A stretch of 64,000 bases of DNA. Origin: Candidatus Latescibacterota bacterium (lineage in GTDB: Bacteria > Latescibacterota > UBA2968). Below the pieces are notes generated by a model. It did no database searches. It was not told where the DNA came from and saw only the letters and a program-made list of their open reading frames with translations. This document shows, one piece after another, positions 9,068-18,804 of the stretch (its first letter is position 1; each line of letters opens with the position of its first letter). The stretch is from contig OZ242010.1 of NCBI GenBank assembly GCA_965204745.1, positions 5,344,001 to 5,408,000 of the forward strand, given 5' to 3'. The position numbers and the translations under genes are program-made.

Positions 9068-10313
9068 AAATGTGCAGAAGTTCGGGGGGGCGTTTCGACC
9101 ATTTGCCATGCTGATGCTGTGCTCGGTCGTTGCGGCGACGGCGTGGGGCGGGTTTCGGGATGGGAAGGATGCGTATGACAAGGGGGACTACGCGACTGCG
9201 TTGGCGGAGTTGCTACCGGCCGCCGCGCAAGGCCATGCAGAGGGGCAGTATCAACTCGGGGTGATGTATTACTTTGGGTATGGGGTGAAAGAAGATGATG
9301 CAGAGGCGATCAAGTGGTTTCGCAAAGCCGCAGACCAAGGCCATGCGATGGCGCAGAACCACCTCGGCGACATGTATTACTACGGGTATGGCATAGCGGA
9401 AGACAATGCGGAGGCCATGAAGTGGTTTCACAAGGCCGCAGCGCAGGGCTATGCCGAAGCCCTGTTCAACCTCGGCGTGATGTACGCCAAGGGGTATGGC
9501 GTGGCGAAAGACGATGCAGAGGCGATCAAGTGGTTTCACAAAGCCGCAGCGCAGGGCTATGCCGCGGCCCAATTCAGCTTGGGCGCGATGTATTCAGACG
9601 GGTATGGCGAGGCGAAAAAAGACGTGGCTGAAGCCATGAAGTGGTTTCGCAGAGCCGCGGATCAGGGCTATACCAAAGCGCAGTACATCTTGGGCTATAT
9701 GTATGAGAACGGGACCGAGGTGCCAAAAGATTTGGTGGAGGCGCACAGGTGGTACACCCTTGCCGAAGCGCGAGGGGAAAACATCGCCGGGTACAAACGC
9801 GCTGAACTCGCCGAGAAGATGACCGATGCCCAACTCGTGGAAGCCAAACGCAAGGCACGCGATGGGCTACAAGCCGAGGACTTTACGCTGTGGACCCTCG
9901 CGGGCGAGCGGTTCAACCTATCGGAAAACGTCGGCAAACCCATCTTCCTCAACTTTTGGACGACGTGGTGTCCGCCCTGCATTGCCGAAATGCCGGCCAT
10001 GGAAAAACTGAAACAGACTATCGGCGACTCGGTGCAGATCGTGGGGATTAACCTGCAAGAATCGCCTGCCACTGTGCGGCGGTTCATCCAAAATCGCGGC
10101 TTTACCTGGACGTTTCTCCTCGACCTGCGGCGCGAAGTGGGCAATGCGTACAATGTCAGTGGCATTCCCGTCTCTTTTTTTCTCGACACCAATGGCAGAA
10201 TCGTCCACCGCTTCAACGGCGCACGAGACTACGAGACGTTCTTAAAAGCAACGCGACAGGTGATGGGGATGGAGGCTGAAAAATGGGGGCCGGGAGTTGG
10301 GACTGACAACTGA
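9060..10313 (+). CDS. Secreted Sel1-repeat protein fused to a TlpA-like thioredoxin domain
   Basis: AAGGAG RBS, signal peptide, ~5 Sel1 repeats (AQxxLGxMYxxGxGVxxD...A.KWF.KAA.QG) and C-terminal FLNFWTTWCPPC. Confidence 0.85.
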   Translation: MTENVQKFGGAFRPFAMLMLCSVVAATAWGGFRDGKDAYDKGDYATALAELLPAAAQGHAEGQYQLGVMYYFGYGVKEDDAEAIKWFRKAADQGHAMAQNHLGDMYYYGYGIAEDNAEAMKWFHKAAAQGYAEALFNLGVMYAKGYGVAKDDAEAIKWFHKAAAQGYAAAQFSLGAMYSDGYGEAKKDVAEAMKWFRRAADQGYTKAQYILGYMYENGTEVPKDLVEAHRWYTLAEARGENIAGYKRAELAEKMTDAQLVEAKRKARDGLQAEDFTLWTLAGERFNLSENVGKPIFLNFWTTWCPPCIAEMPAMEKLKQTIGDSVQIVGINLQESPATVRRFIQNRGFTWTFLLDLRREVGNAYNVSGIPVSFFLDTNGRIVHRFNGARDYETFLKATRQVMGMEAEKWGPGVGTDN

Positions 10314-10564
10314 CAATGCAAATAAAGAGTTGAATCCATCGCGCCCTTGTCCTTTTATCTAGGACCTACCCCCCTGGCCCCCCTTCCTGTGAGGAAGGGG
10401 GGAAGAACATCTTTCCGTTGCGGAGAAGAGTCGGAGAAGGGGCATCCATCGTTTGTTTTAAGACACGTTCTAAGGGGCGATTCGGTAATGGATGACTCGT
10501 CCATGTCTTTGGACAATTGGTCTCGGCTTGTTTCCTACTCGCTTTCTACTCTTTATTCGCATTG
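10314..10564. mobile_element. MITE-like element with 21-bp TIRs and 8-bp flanking direct repeat
   Basis: CAATGCAAATAAAGAGTTGAA at 10314-10334 versus the reverse complement of 10544-10564 (2 mismatches). ACAACTGA lies on both sides. Contains a REP-like hairpin at ~10361-10404. Confidence 0.65.
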
Positions 10565-10575
10565 ACAACTGACAA

Positions 10576-10792
10576 CTGATCACTTGGGCAGTTGCGGGGT
10601 TGCTTCACCTCTTCCCTCTCCCCTCTTACGTCTCACCGAAGGGGTTGGGCAGGGTAGGGACTGACAACTGACAACTGACTACTGACTACTGATCACTTGG
10701 GCAGTTGCGGGGTTGCCTCACCTCTCACCTCTCCCCTCTTACGTCTCACCGAAGGGGTTGGGCAGGGTAGGGACTGACAACTGACAACTGAC
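10576..10792. repeat. Tandem duplication of a ~113-bp composite heptamer unit
   Basis: CTGATCACTTGGGCAGTTGCGGGGTTGC...GGGTAGGGACTGACAACTGACAACTGAC starts at both 10576 and 10689. Confidence 0.9.
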
Positions 10793-10796
10793 GCGG

Positions 10797-10825
10797 TTGA
10801 CAAAACTGGATAAATTGGGTATGTT
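10797..10825 (+). promoter_or_regulatory. Sigma70-type promoter of the yicC operon
   Basis: TTGACA-17 nt-TATGTT, 64 nt upstream of the yicC ATG. Confidence 0.65.
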
Positions 10826-10888
10826 TTTCGGCTTTCGCAACGCATTGTCGAGGCATTTTTTTTTAGGTCGTCAAAGACGGGAGCGGGC

Positions 10889-11767
10889 ATGATCGGCAGC
10901 ATGACGGGGTTTGGCAAGGGCGTGGCAGAAGGGGAAGTCGGGCGCGTGATCGTGGAAGTTCAGTCCGTGAATGGCAAGTACGGGGATGTGGTCGTACACC
11001 TGCCCTGTTCTTTGCCCGAACTCGAATCGCGCATCAATGCGCGGGTTTTGTCGGTCTTTTCGCGGGGGCGGATCACTGTGATCGTCACCTTGCAGAGCAA
11101 CGTGCCGGAGCAGGGGTTGCCCGTGCTCAAAACCGAGGTGTTGGCAGCGTATCTCAAAGGGATTGAGGCTATCCGCGCCCAGGCCGAGTTGGCGGACGAG
11201 GTCGATGTGATGCAGGTCGCGCAGTTGCCGCAGACATTTGCGTTTGAAGTTCCAGAAATCGATGTCGACGCCCTGTGGGACGCGGTGGCTGACGCACTAG
11301 ACCAAGCCCTGTGCGCGTGCCGGACCATGCGCTTGGCAGAGGGCGAGAAGCTCGTCGGAGATTTTCGAGAACGCATTGTCGTCATCGAGAACTTGCTCGC
11401 GCAGGTCGAGGCATTGGCGCCTAGGCGCGTCGAGGCGGTTCGCAAGCGGTTGGAAGAAAAAGTGGCGCGCCTGACCAGGCCCGAACAGGTCGATGAAAAC
11501 AGGTTGATGATGGAAATTGCCCTGTTGGCCGAACGCAGCGACATCACCGAAGAATGCGTGCGCTTTCACAGCCACAACGCGCAATTTCTCGACATGCTCG
11601 ACCGGGAAGAAGCGGTTGGGCGGCGGCTCAACTTTTTGTTGCAAGAAATGCTCAGAGAAGCCAACACAATGGGGTCCAAGGCCGGGGATGCGGACATCGC
11701 GCATGTGGTCGTCGCGATCAAAGAAGAGATCGAAAAACTCAAGGAACAGGTGCAAAATATTGAATGA
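10889..11767 (+). CDS. yicC: YicC/YloC family endoribonuclease
   Basis: SMTGFG, SVNxK, DITEExxRF, GRRLNFLLQEMxREANTxGSK, EQVQNIE. Confidence 0.95.
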   Translation: MIGSMTGFGKGVAEGEVGRVIVEVQSVNGKYGDVVVHLPCSLPELESRINARVLSVFSRGRITVIVTLQSNVPEQGLPVLKTEVLAAYLKGIEAIRAQAELADEVDVMQVAQLPQTFAFEVPEIDVDALWDAVADALDQALCACRTMRLAEGEKLVGDFRERIVVIENLLAQVEALAPRRVEAVRKRLEEKVARLTRPEQVDENRLMMEIALLAERSDITEECVRFHSHNAQFLDMLDREEAVGRRLNFLLQEMLREANTMGSKAGDADIAHVVVAIKEEIEKLKEQVQNIE

Positions 11768-12437
11768 CCATGCCCGTACATTGCGCTGCAAATTGGCCGC
11801 TGATCCCGCTGCGTATGCCGCGATCGTCGCCGGGCCATCCGGCGTTGGGAAAACGTCGATGTGCCAAGGGGTTTTGCGCGCGGATTCCGGGGTGCAACGG
11901 TGCGTGACGACCACGACTCGCCCGCAGCGCGCCGGCGAAATCAATGGGGTGTCGCGTCATTTTGTGAGCGTGGCCGAGTTTGAGGCGATGAAAGCGCGGG
12001 GCGATTTTGTCGAATGCGCCGAGGTGTATGGGCATCATTACGGCGCGACATTTGACGCGGTCGCAAGGGCCTTAGATGGCGGGCAGGTGATGTTGATGGA
12101 TGTGGATGTGCAAGGCGTGGCAACTTGGCAAGCGGTGTTGAAAGACCGCTGCGTCACGGTATTTGTGGTGCCGCCCTCTGTCGATGTGCTCGCAAAGCGA
12201 TTGACCGCGCGGCAAACAGAAGGCGCGGTCGCATACCACAGGCGGATGGAAACCGCCAGGGTTGAACTTTCACAGGCAAAAAACAGCGATTATATTGTCG
12301 TCAATGACGTGTTGGAAAATGCCATCGCGGATTTGCAGGCCATTATCCGTGCGGAGAAGCAGCGTACGCAACGGGTCACTTTGAAAGGAGTGTGGGATGC
12401 CAAACGTGTTTTTCACAGAGGAATTGACCGAGGGTGA
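11760..12437 (+). CDS. gmk: Guanylate kinase
   Basis: GPSGVGKT, TTTTRPQRAGE, EVYGHHYG, DVDVQG. The TTG start overlapping yicC is inferred. Confidence 0.92.
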   Translation: MNDHARTLRCKLAADPAAYAAIVAGPSGVGKTSMCQGVLRADSGVQRCVTTTTRPQRAGEINGVSRHFVSVAEFEAMKARGDFVECAEVYGHHYGATFDAVARALDGGQVMLMDVDVQGVATWQAVLKDRCVTVFVVPPSVDVLAKRLTARQTEGAVAYHRRMETARVELSQAKNSDYIVVNDVLENAIADLQAIIRAEKQRTQRVTLKGVWDAKRVFHRGIDRG

Positions 12438-12624
12438 GGACATGACCCCCTACGCGGCGGTGTTGTTGGCGTCGCGGGAGGCGCGCAGGCTCAACAAGGA
12501 TCGCTTGCTCGCGGGCGTGCCCGAAGGCGAAGAGAAAATTACGACTATCGCGCTGAAGCGCGTTGTGGGCAAAAAAATTCAGGTGCGCCATGCTGGTGGG
12601 AAAGCGGATTCTTCTGGGCGTTAG
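12397..12624 (+). CDS. rpoZ: RNA polymerase omega subunit
   Basis: YxAVLLASREARRLN...KxTTIAL pattern, in the conserved gmk-rpoZ-coaBC position. Confidence 0.8.
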   Translation: MPNVFFTEELTEGEDMTPYAAVLLASREARRLNKDRLLAGVPEGEEKITTIALKRVVGKKIQVRHAGGKADSSGR

Positions 12625-13795
12625 TGGCGGCATTGCCGCGTACAAAAGCGTCTCCTTGTTGCGCTTGTTGCAAAAAGCAGGTGCCGAGGTTCGCGTGGTG
12701 ATGACCCAGGCTGCACAGAGATTTGTGCAGCCTCTCACGTTTGAAGCCCTGTCGCGCCACCGGGTCTATGGGGATTTGTTTCCCGAATCCGGCGATCCAG
12801 AAGTGGTGCACGTTCAGTTGGGCAAGTGGGCGGATTGGGTCGTTGTCGCGCCTGCCACTGCGGATTTCATCGGCAAAATGGCGCACGGCTTGGCAGACGA
12901 TGTGTTGACCTGCGTGTTGTTGGCAACAGAGGCGCCGGTTTTGATCGCGCCGGCAATGGAATCGCAGATGTGGGAACACCGCGCGGTTCGGGACAATGTC
13001 CGCACGTTGCGAAATCGCGGTTGCGAAATGGTCGCGCCGGGGGCCGGGCCGCTCGCGTCCGGCGCGCAGGGCATCGGGCGCATGGCAGAACCGGAGGAGA
13101 TCGCCGAAGTGGTCGGCGCGATGGCGGGGGCGGCGCAATCGCTCGTGGGACGCCGCGTTGTCGTGACCGCGGGCAGGACCGAGCAACCCATCGATCCGGT
13201 GCGCTTTATCACCAACCGATCCACGGGCAAGATGGGCTATGCCATAGCCGAACAGGCGAGGCGCCGGGGCGCTGCGGTCACGCTGATCAGCGGGCCGACG
13301 GAACTGACAGCCCCCACAGGCGTAAGCATGGTGTCGATTCGCACGGTCGCGGCATTAAAGGCCGCGACGATTCGCGCGTACCAAAACGCGGACGCGCTGA
13401 TTATGACCGCGGCCGTGCTCGATTTTCGGCCCGAAGAGGTCGCCGAATCAAAGATCAAAAAACGCGATGGCGGCCTTTCGCTTCGCCTGTTGCCCAACGA
13501 GGATTTTTTGATTCCCTTGGGCGAAACCAAGGGCGAGCGGGTCGTCATCGGGTTTGCCCTAGAAACGGACGACGCGCTGGCAAATGCCCGCAAAAAGCTC
13601 GACGAGAAGCATCTCGACTTGATCGTGTTGAACGAATTAAATGTGGAAGGCGCCGGGTTTGGGGTCGATACGAATGTCGTCACCTTGATCGCACCGCACC
13701 GCGACGCGGTCGCCTTGCCGTTGATGTCCAAGCGCGATGTGGCGGATCGGATTTTGGACTGGCTCGTTTCGCATTGGGAGAACGCCCATGGATAA
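12590..13795 (+). CDS. coaBC: Phosphopantothenoylcysteine decarboxylase/ligase
   Basis: [18 protein letters not shown], [24 protein letters not shown], GFALET. Confidence 0.96.
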   Translation: MLVGKRILLGVSGGIAAYKSVSLLRLLQKAGAEVRVVMTQAAQRFVQPLTFEALSRHRVYGDLFPESGDPEVVHVQLGKWADWVVVAPATADFIGKMAHGLADDVLTCVLLATEAPVLIAPAMESQMWEHRAVRDNVRTLRNRGCEMVAPGAGPLASGAQGIGRMAEPEEIAEVVGAMAGAAQSLVGRRVVVTAGRTEQPIDPVRFITNRSTGKMGYAIAEQARRRGAAVTLISGPTELTAPTGVSMVSIRTVAALKAATIRAYQNADALIMTAAVLDFRPEEVAESKIKKRDGGLSLRLLPNEDFLIPLGETKGERVVIGFALETDDALANARKKLDEKHLDLIVLNELNVEGAGFGVDTNVVTLIAPHRDAVALPLMSKRDVADRILDWLVSHWENAHG

Positions 13796-14450
13796 ATCTC
13801 CGGATATTTTGGAAACCCTGTCGCTCGCTCGCGATTTTTTGGCGCGGGAAATCCCCGGCCCGATAGCGCGGGCAGGTGTGCAGGCGCAGGACGACGATCC
13901 CCTGGCCGCGTTGGGCGCCGAGGCGGGTGCGTGTCAAAAATGCGGCTTGGCCCAAACGCGGCTGTCGGTCGTGTTTGGCAATGGCCGTGCAGATGCGGAC
14001 TTGGTGTTTGTCGGCGAGGCGCCCGGCGCGGAAGAAGACCGGCAAGGCGTGCCGTTTGTGGGCGCGGCCGGGCAATTGTTGACGCGCATGATCGAGGCGA
14101 TAGGCCTGGCGCGGGAAGACGTGTACATCGCCAATATCGTCAAGTGCCGGCCCCCGAATAACCGGGATCCCAAGCCGGATGAAATCGCCGCGTGCCGGCC
14201 CTATTTGGAACGGCAACTCGAACTCATCGCGCCGGTCGCGATCTGCACTTTGGGCAGGTTTGCCGCGCAAACCCTGTTGCAGACGACCGAGACTATCGGC
14301 CGATTGCGCGGCCGGGTTTTCGACCGCTATGGCGCGAAGGTGGTGCCCACGTATCACCCGGCCGCGCTGTTGCGAAATCCGAGGTGGAAACGCCCGACTT
14401 GGGAAGATTTGAAACTCGTGCGAAAACTTTGCGATGGAACGGAACTTTGA
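13788..14450 (+). CDS. Uracil-DNA glycosylase family 4 (4Fe-4S)
   Basis: CxxCxL, GEAPG, PFVGxAG, KCRPPx[10 protein letters not shown]. Confidence 0.93.
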   Translation: MDKSPDILETLSLARDFLAREIPGPIARAGVQAQDDDPLAALGAEAGACQKCGLAQTRLSVVFGNGRADADLVFVGEAPGAEEDRQGVPFVGAAGQLLTRMIEAIGLAREDVYIANIVKCRPPNNRDPKPDEIAACRPYLERQLELIAPVAICTLGRFAAQTLLQTTETIGRLRGRVFDRYGAKVVPTYHPAALLRNPRWKRPTWEDLKLVRKLCDGTEL

Positions 14451-15826
14451 TGGCGTCCGCAAATGCGACATCGAGCACTGTTGAACGCGCCTTGCCCCAA
14501 GCCGTGGAGGTGGAACGCGCGGTGTTGGGGGCGATGCTGATCGACAACATGGCGATCAACCGCGTCACCGAGGTCTTGGGCGATGAAACCGCGTTTTACC
14601 ACACGCCGCACCGCAGGGTGTACGCGGCGATTCAAAAATTGTCCGAGCAGGGAGAGCCGGTCGATCAAGTGACCCTGAGCCAGGCCCTGTCGCGGCGCGG
14701 GCAACTTGACGAGGTGGGCGGCCCGGTTTTCATCGCGGAATTGGCCGGGGACATGGCGACCGCGGCCAATGCGGAATACCACGCGCAAATCGTGTTGGAA
14801 AAGGCGCAGCGGCGGCGCTTGATCGACGCGGCCACACAGACCATTGCCGAGAGCTACGAGGACGCCGAGAATGTGCGCGAGTTGATCGACCGCGCGGAGC
14901 AACGGGTTTTTCAAATTGCCGAGGGCGAATTGGGCAAAGGCGTGCTGCCCCTCTCGGCTGCGATTACCGAGGCGTTCGTCGCTATCGAACGCGCCCACGA
15001 ACACCCCGGCGCGCTGACCGGCGTGACCACGGGCTATACGGAATTGGACGAGATCACCGCGGGCTTGCAAGCGTCCGACATGATCATCTTGGCGTCTCGG
15101 CCGTCCATGGGCAAAACCGCGCTGACCCTGTGCATGGCGCGCAATGCCGCGATCAAGGGCAATGTGCCGGTGCTGTACTTTTCGCTGGAAATGTCGACCG
15201 AGCAACTCGCGCAGCGGTTGTTGTGCGCCGAAGCGCGCGTGAGTTCCCACCGCTTGCGAACCGGCCGCCTGTCAGAGGAGGAGTGGCAACGCCTGTCCGA
15301 GTGGACGAGCAAGTTGATCGACGCGCCCCTGTACATCGACGACACGCCGGCGATTTCCGTGATGGAATTGCGGGCAAAAGCGCGGCGCGCCAAATCCGAA
15401 TACGATATCGGGTTGATCTTTGTCGATTATTTGCAGTTGATGACCGCGTCTGAAAATTTCGGCAACCGGGAACAGGAAATCGCCTATATTTCGCGGTCGC
15501 TCAAAGCCTTGGCCAAGGAATTGGACGTGCCGCTCGTGGCATGCGCGCAGTTGTCCCGCGCCGTGGAGAGCCGCACGGACAAGCGCCCGCAACTATCGGA
15601 TCTGCGCGAGAGCGGTTCGCTAGAACAAGACGCGGACGTGGTGATGTTTCTCTTTCGGCCCGAGGTGTACGGCATTGTCGATGAAGAGGGCAGCACGCAA
15701 GAAGGCGTGGCCGAGATCATTTTGGGCAAGCAGCGCAGCGGCCCGATTGGCAATGTTTTTCTGTCTTTTGTCGCGGAGTCTCTCCGGTTTGAAGAACCCG
15801 AACTCTACCGAGAAGAATTTCCCTAA
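14450..15826 (+). CDS. dnaB: Replicative DNA helicase
   Basis: ERAVLG, RPSMGKT, FSLEM, DYLQL, QLSR, DLRESGSLEQDAD. Confidence 0.97.
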   Translation: MASANATSSTVERALPQAVEVERAVLGAMLIDNMAINRVTEVLGDETAFYHTPHRRVYAAIQKLSEQGEPVDQVTLSQALSRRGQLDEVGGPVFIAELAGDMATAANAEYHAQIVLEKAQRRRLIDAATQTIAESYEDAENVRELIDRAEQRVFQIAEGELGKGVLPLSAAITEAFVAIERAHEHPGALTGVTTGYTELDEITAGLQASDMIILASRPSMGKTALTLCMARNAAIKGNVPVLYFSLEMSTEQLAQRLLCAEARVSSHRLRTGRLSEEEWQRLSEWTSKLIDAPLYIDDTPAISVMELRAKARRAKSEYDIGLIFVDYLQLMTASENFGNREQEIAYISRSLKALAKELDVPLVACAQLSRAVESRTDKRPQLSDLRESGSLEQDADVVMFLFRPEVYGIVDEEGSTQEGVAEIILGKQRSGPIGNVFLSFVAESLRFEEPELYREEFP

Positions 15827-15837
15827 AGGAATGGGCT

Positions 15838-17199
15838 ATGGGCAAAGTGCGCGTGCGGTACGTGTGTCAGGAATGCGGCGCAGACGCGAGGCGGTGGTTT
15901 GGTCGGTGCATAGCCTGCGGCGCGTGGAACTCGTGCGTTGAAGAAACGCCGATGCCAAAAACCACGCGCCTGTCGGGCGATGTGGTCGCGGCAAATCCAC
16001 CACAGCCGATTACGGAAGTGAAAGGCGGCAGCGAAGACCGCATCGAGACGGCTATCCGGGAATTTGACCGCACCTTGGGCGGCGGCATCGTGCCCGGCAT
16101 GGCCGCGCTCATCGGCGGGGATCCCGGCATCGGCAAATCCACCTTGCTCTTGCAGGGGGCGTCGCAACTCGCGTTTTCCGGCATGAAGGCGTTGTACGTC
16201 TCCGCAGAGGAATCGCCCCGCCAAACGCGGATGCGCGCCCAACGGGTCGGCGCGCTGTGCGATGAGTTGTTCTTGATTTCCGAATCCAATCTCGATCTGA
16301 TTTGCGCCCATATCGACGCCATGCAACCGGTTGCTGTCGTGGTCGATTCCGTGCAGACCATTTTCTCGCCGGCACTGCAAAGCGCGCCCGGCAGCGTGGC
16401 GCAGGTGCGCGAATCTTCGGCAAAGCTGGTCGCGCTGGGCAAACGCATGGGCACGGCGATTTTCCTGATCGGTCACGTCACCAAAGAAGGCACAGTGGCC
16501 GGGCCGCGCGTGCTCGAGCACATCGTGGATACGGTGCTGTACTTGGAGGGGGAACGACACGGCGCGTTTCGCATTTTGCGGGCCGCGAAAAACCGGTTTG
16601 GATCGACGAATGAGATCGGCATTTTTGAAATGCGCGATGAGGGGATGGTCGAAGTGGCGAATCCCTCGCAGGTGTTTTTGCCCGACCGAGACGCGGAACG
16701 CGAGGGCACGGCTATCGTTTGCACGGTCGAGGGCACGCGGCCCATTTTGGTCGAAGTTCAAGCCCTCGTCAGCCGCAGCAATTTCGGGTATCCACAGCGC
16801 GTTGCCACCGGGTTTGATGCGCGGCGCATGGCGATTTTGATCGCGGTGCTCGAGAAGCGGTCGGGCCTGCAACTGGGCGGCGAGGATATTTTTTTGAAGG
16901 TCGCGGGCGGGTTGCGCGTCAACGAACCGGCCGTGGATTTGGGCGTGGCCATGGCGATGGCGTCGAGTTTTCGCAACGCGCAGATGCCCCGGGATACGGT
17001 CGTGATCGGCGAGGTGGGCCTCGGCGGCGAAGTCCGCGCCGTGGGGCAAATCGAGCGCAGAATGGCCGAGGCGCGCAAATTGGGCTTTACGCAGTGCGTT
17101 GCGGCCAAGGCGAATTTGAGCGGCGCGCGCATTCCCGATGGCCTGTCGCTGATCGGGGTTCAAGACGTGGATGCCGCGCAAGACGTGGTGTTTTCTTAG
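15838..17199 (+). CDS. radA: DNA repair protein RadA/Sms
   Basis: CxxC-CxxC zinc finger, GDPGIGKSTL, KNRFG and a Lon-like C-terminus. Confidence 0.97.
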   Translation: MGKVRVRYVCQECGADARRWFGRCIACGAWNSCVEETPMPKTTRLSGDVVAANPPQPITEVKGGSEDRIETAIREFDRTLGGGIVPGMAALIGGDPGIGKSTLLLQGASQLAFSGMKALYVSAEESPRQTRMRAQRVGALCDELFLISESNLDLICAHIDAMQPVAVVVDSVQTIFSPALQSAPGSVAQVRESSAKLVALGKRMGTAIFLIGHVTKEGTVAGPRVLEHIVDTVLYLEGERHGAFRILRAAKNRFGSTNEIGIFEMRDEGMVEVANPSQVFLPDRDAEREGTAIVCTVEGTRPILVEVQALVSRSNFGYPQRVATGFDARRMAILIAVLEKRSGLQLGGEDIFLKVAGGLRVNEPAVDLGVAMAMASSFRNAQMPRDTVVIGEVGLGGEVRAVGQIERRMAEARKLGFTQCVAAKANLSGARIPDGLSLIGVQDVDAAQDVVFS

Positions 17200-17223
17200 G
17201 CGATTATCAGACTGGAGAAAGGC

Positions 17224-17856
17224 ATGAGACAGATGAGGAGGCACGGGGGGGCGAACCCGAGCAGGCGCATGACGCCGAGAACGGCTTCCAAATTGCTCGC
17301 CCTGATGTTGCGGCACGCGCCCGATGAGTTTGGGCTGGAGGTCGATAGCCGAGGATTTGCCGAACTCGACGCGGTTGTGCAGGCGTTTCAAGGCAAAGAT
17401 TCGCAATTCACACTTGAAGATATCGAAAAAGTGGTTTATGATGGGGAGAAGGATCGGTTTGAAATCGTGGATGATCGCATTCGCGCGCGGTACGGGCACA
17501 GTTTTTCTATCGATCTCGGCCTCGATCCATCAGAACCGCCCGAGTTTTTGTACAAGGGCGTGAATGCCGCAGAGGTCGAGCACCTGTTGGCCGATGGCCT
17601 GGCGCCGGATAATCGCGCTTACGTGCATCTGTCGTTTGACGCAGAGGTGGCCGCGCAGTTGAGCGCGCGGCCCGGCCGCCGGGGGGCCGTCCTCAAGATC
17701 GCGGCTACCCGCGCACATGACGCAGGCGTGGCGTTTTACGATTGCGGCCCGACCATTTTGACCAAGCGCGTTCCCAGCGAATTTTTGGCGTTGGAACAGC
17801 CGCCAGCGCACGAAGAGATGACGTACGGCCGGCGGAGACGCTTCACGAGTCGGTAA
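17224..17856 (+). CDS. kptA: RNA 2'-phosphotransferase, Tpt1/KptA family
   Basis: SKxLxxxLRH, KxRF, IRARYGHS, RxYVHLS. Start may be 17269. Confidence 0.85.
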   Translation: MRQMRRHGGANPSRRMTPRTASKLLALMLRHAPDEFGLEVDSRGFAELDAVVQAFQGKDSQFTLEDIEKVVYDGEKDRFEIVDDRIRARYGHSFSIDLGLDPSEPPEFLYKGVNAAEVEHLLADGLAPDNRAYVHLSFDAEVAAQLSARPGRRGAVLKIAATRAHDAGVAFYDCGPTILTKRVPSEFLALEQPPAHEEMTYGRRRRFTSR

Positions 17857-18797
17857 TGGGAAAGTCGCTAAGTACTCGCGTTATGACGAAAAATACAGTG
17901 TCTAAAATGGATAAATCACAGACAAAAATCATGCTCGACACGGCCGCAAAATTGGCGCGGGACACCTGCGCGGATATGATTTTGCTCGTGACCCACTCCG
18001 GCATCCCCCCCGCGGCTGTGCAGAAACTCAATACCATCTGTCGGGTCTTGGTCGCGACGCGAGACGAACATTTCCCGTGCGACATCGAAAAGACCGGGGC
18101 GCAACGGTTGATTTGCGATTACGATGGCGCGCACTTCGAGCGCGTGCGGCAATGCGTCATCAAGGGCATGGACGAGGGGCATATTCGGCGCGGCGCGCGC
18201 TTGGTATGCCTGAGTCGCCTGCTGACCCCACACGGGGTTGACGCGCTGATGGTGCTGGATACGGATGTCGGGTTTGACGGGTACGACCCGGCCGATATTG
18301 CGGAACTATCTGGCGATTTGCCGGTGCGCGTGGTCAAAACCGTGCTCAATATCGCGCTCGACATCGGGCGGGATGGGCGCGAAGGCGAACCGGTCGGCAC
18401 GTTTTTCGTCATCGGGGATTCCGAGCGGGTGTTGCGCCATTCGCGGTCTATGACCTTTGATCCGTTTCGGGGATATTCCGACGAGGAAAAGGATATTTGC
18501 AATCCGGATATTCACGAAGGCGTCAAAGAAGTCGCGCTGATGGATGGGGCATTTGTCGTTCGGGACGATGGGGTTATCCTGTCGGGCGGGCGGTATATTT
18601 CCGCCAATGTGCAGGGCCTCGTTTTGCCCAAGGGCCTGGGCGCGCGCCATGTGGCTGCGGCATCCATCACCAAGACCACCCATGCCATTGCCGTGGCCGT
18701 TTCCCAATCCACGGGGACGGTTCGCGCATTTAAGCGGGGCCAGATCGTTTTGCAACTCAATTCGGACCATCGGCACATCAGGCAAGATCGGCGATAA
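17856..18797 (+). CDS. Diadenylate cyclase (DisA_N/DAC domain), DacZ-like with N-terminal alpha/beta domain
   Basis: EGxPVGTxFVIGD, DGA, GLGARHVAAA, AVSQSTG. No C-terminal HhH. Start uncertain (17856/17883/17907). Confidence 0.85.
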   Translation: MGKSLSTRVMTKNTVSKMDKSQTKIMLDTAAKLARDTCADMILLVTHSGIPPAAVQKLNTICRVLVATRDEHFPCDIEKTGAQRLICDYDGAHFERVRQCVIKGMDEGHIRRGARLVCLSRLLTPHGVDALMVLDTDVGFDGYDPADIAELSGDLPVRVVKTVLNIALDIGRDGREGEPVGTFFVIGDSERVLRHSRSMTFDPFRGYSDEEKDICNPDIHEGVKEVALMDGAFVVRDDGVILSGGRYISANVQGLVLPKGLGARHVAAASITKTTHAIAVAVSQSTGTVRAFKRGQIVLQLNSDHRHIRQDRR

Positions 18798-18804
18798 AAG
18801 AGAA

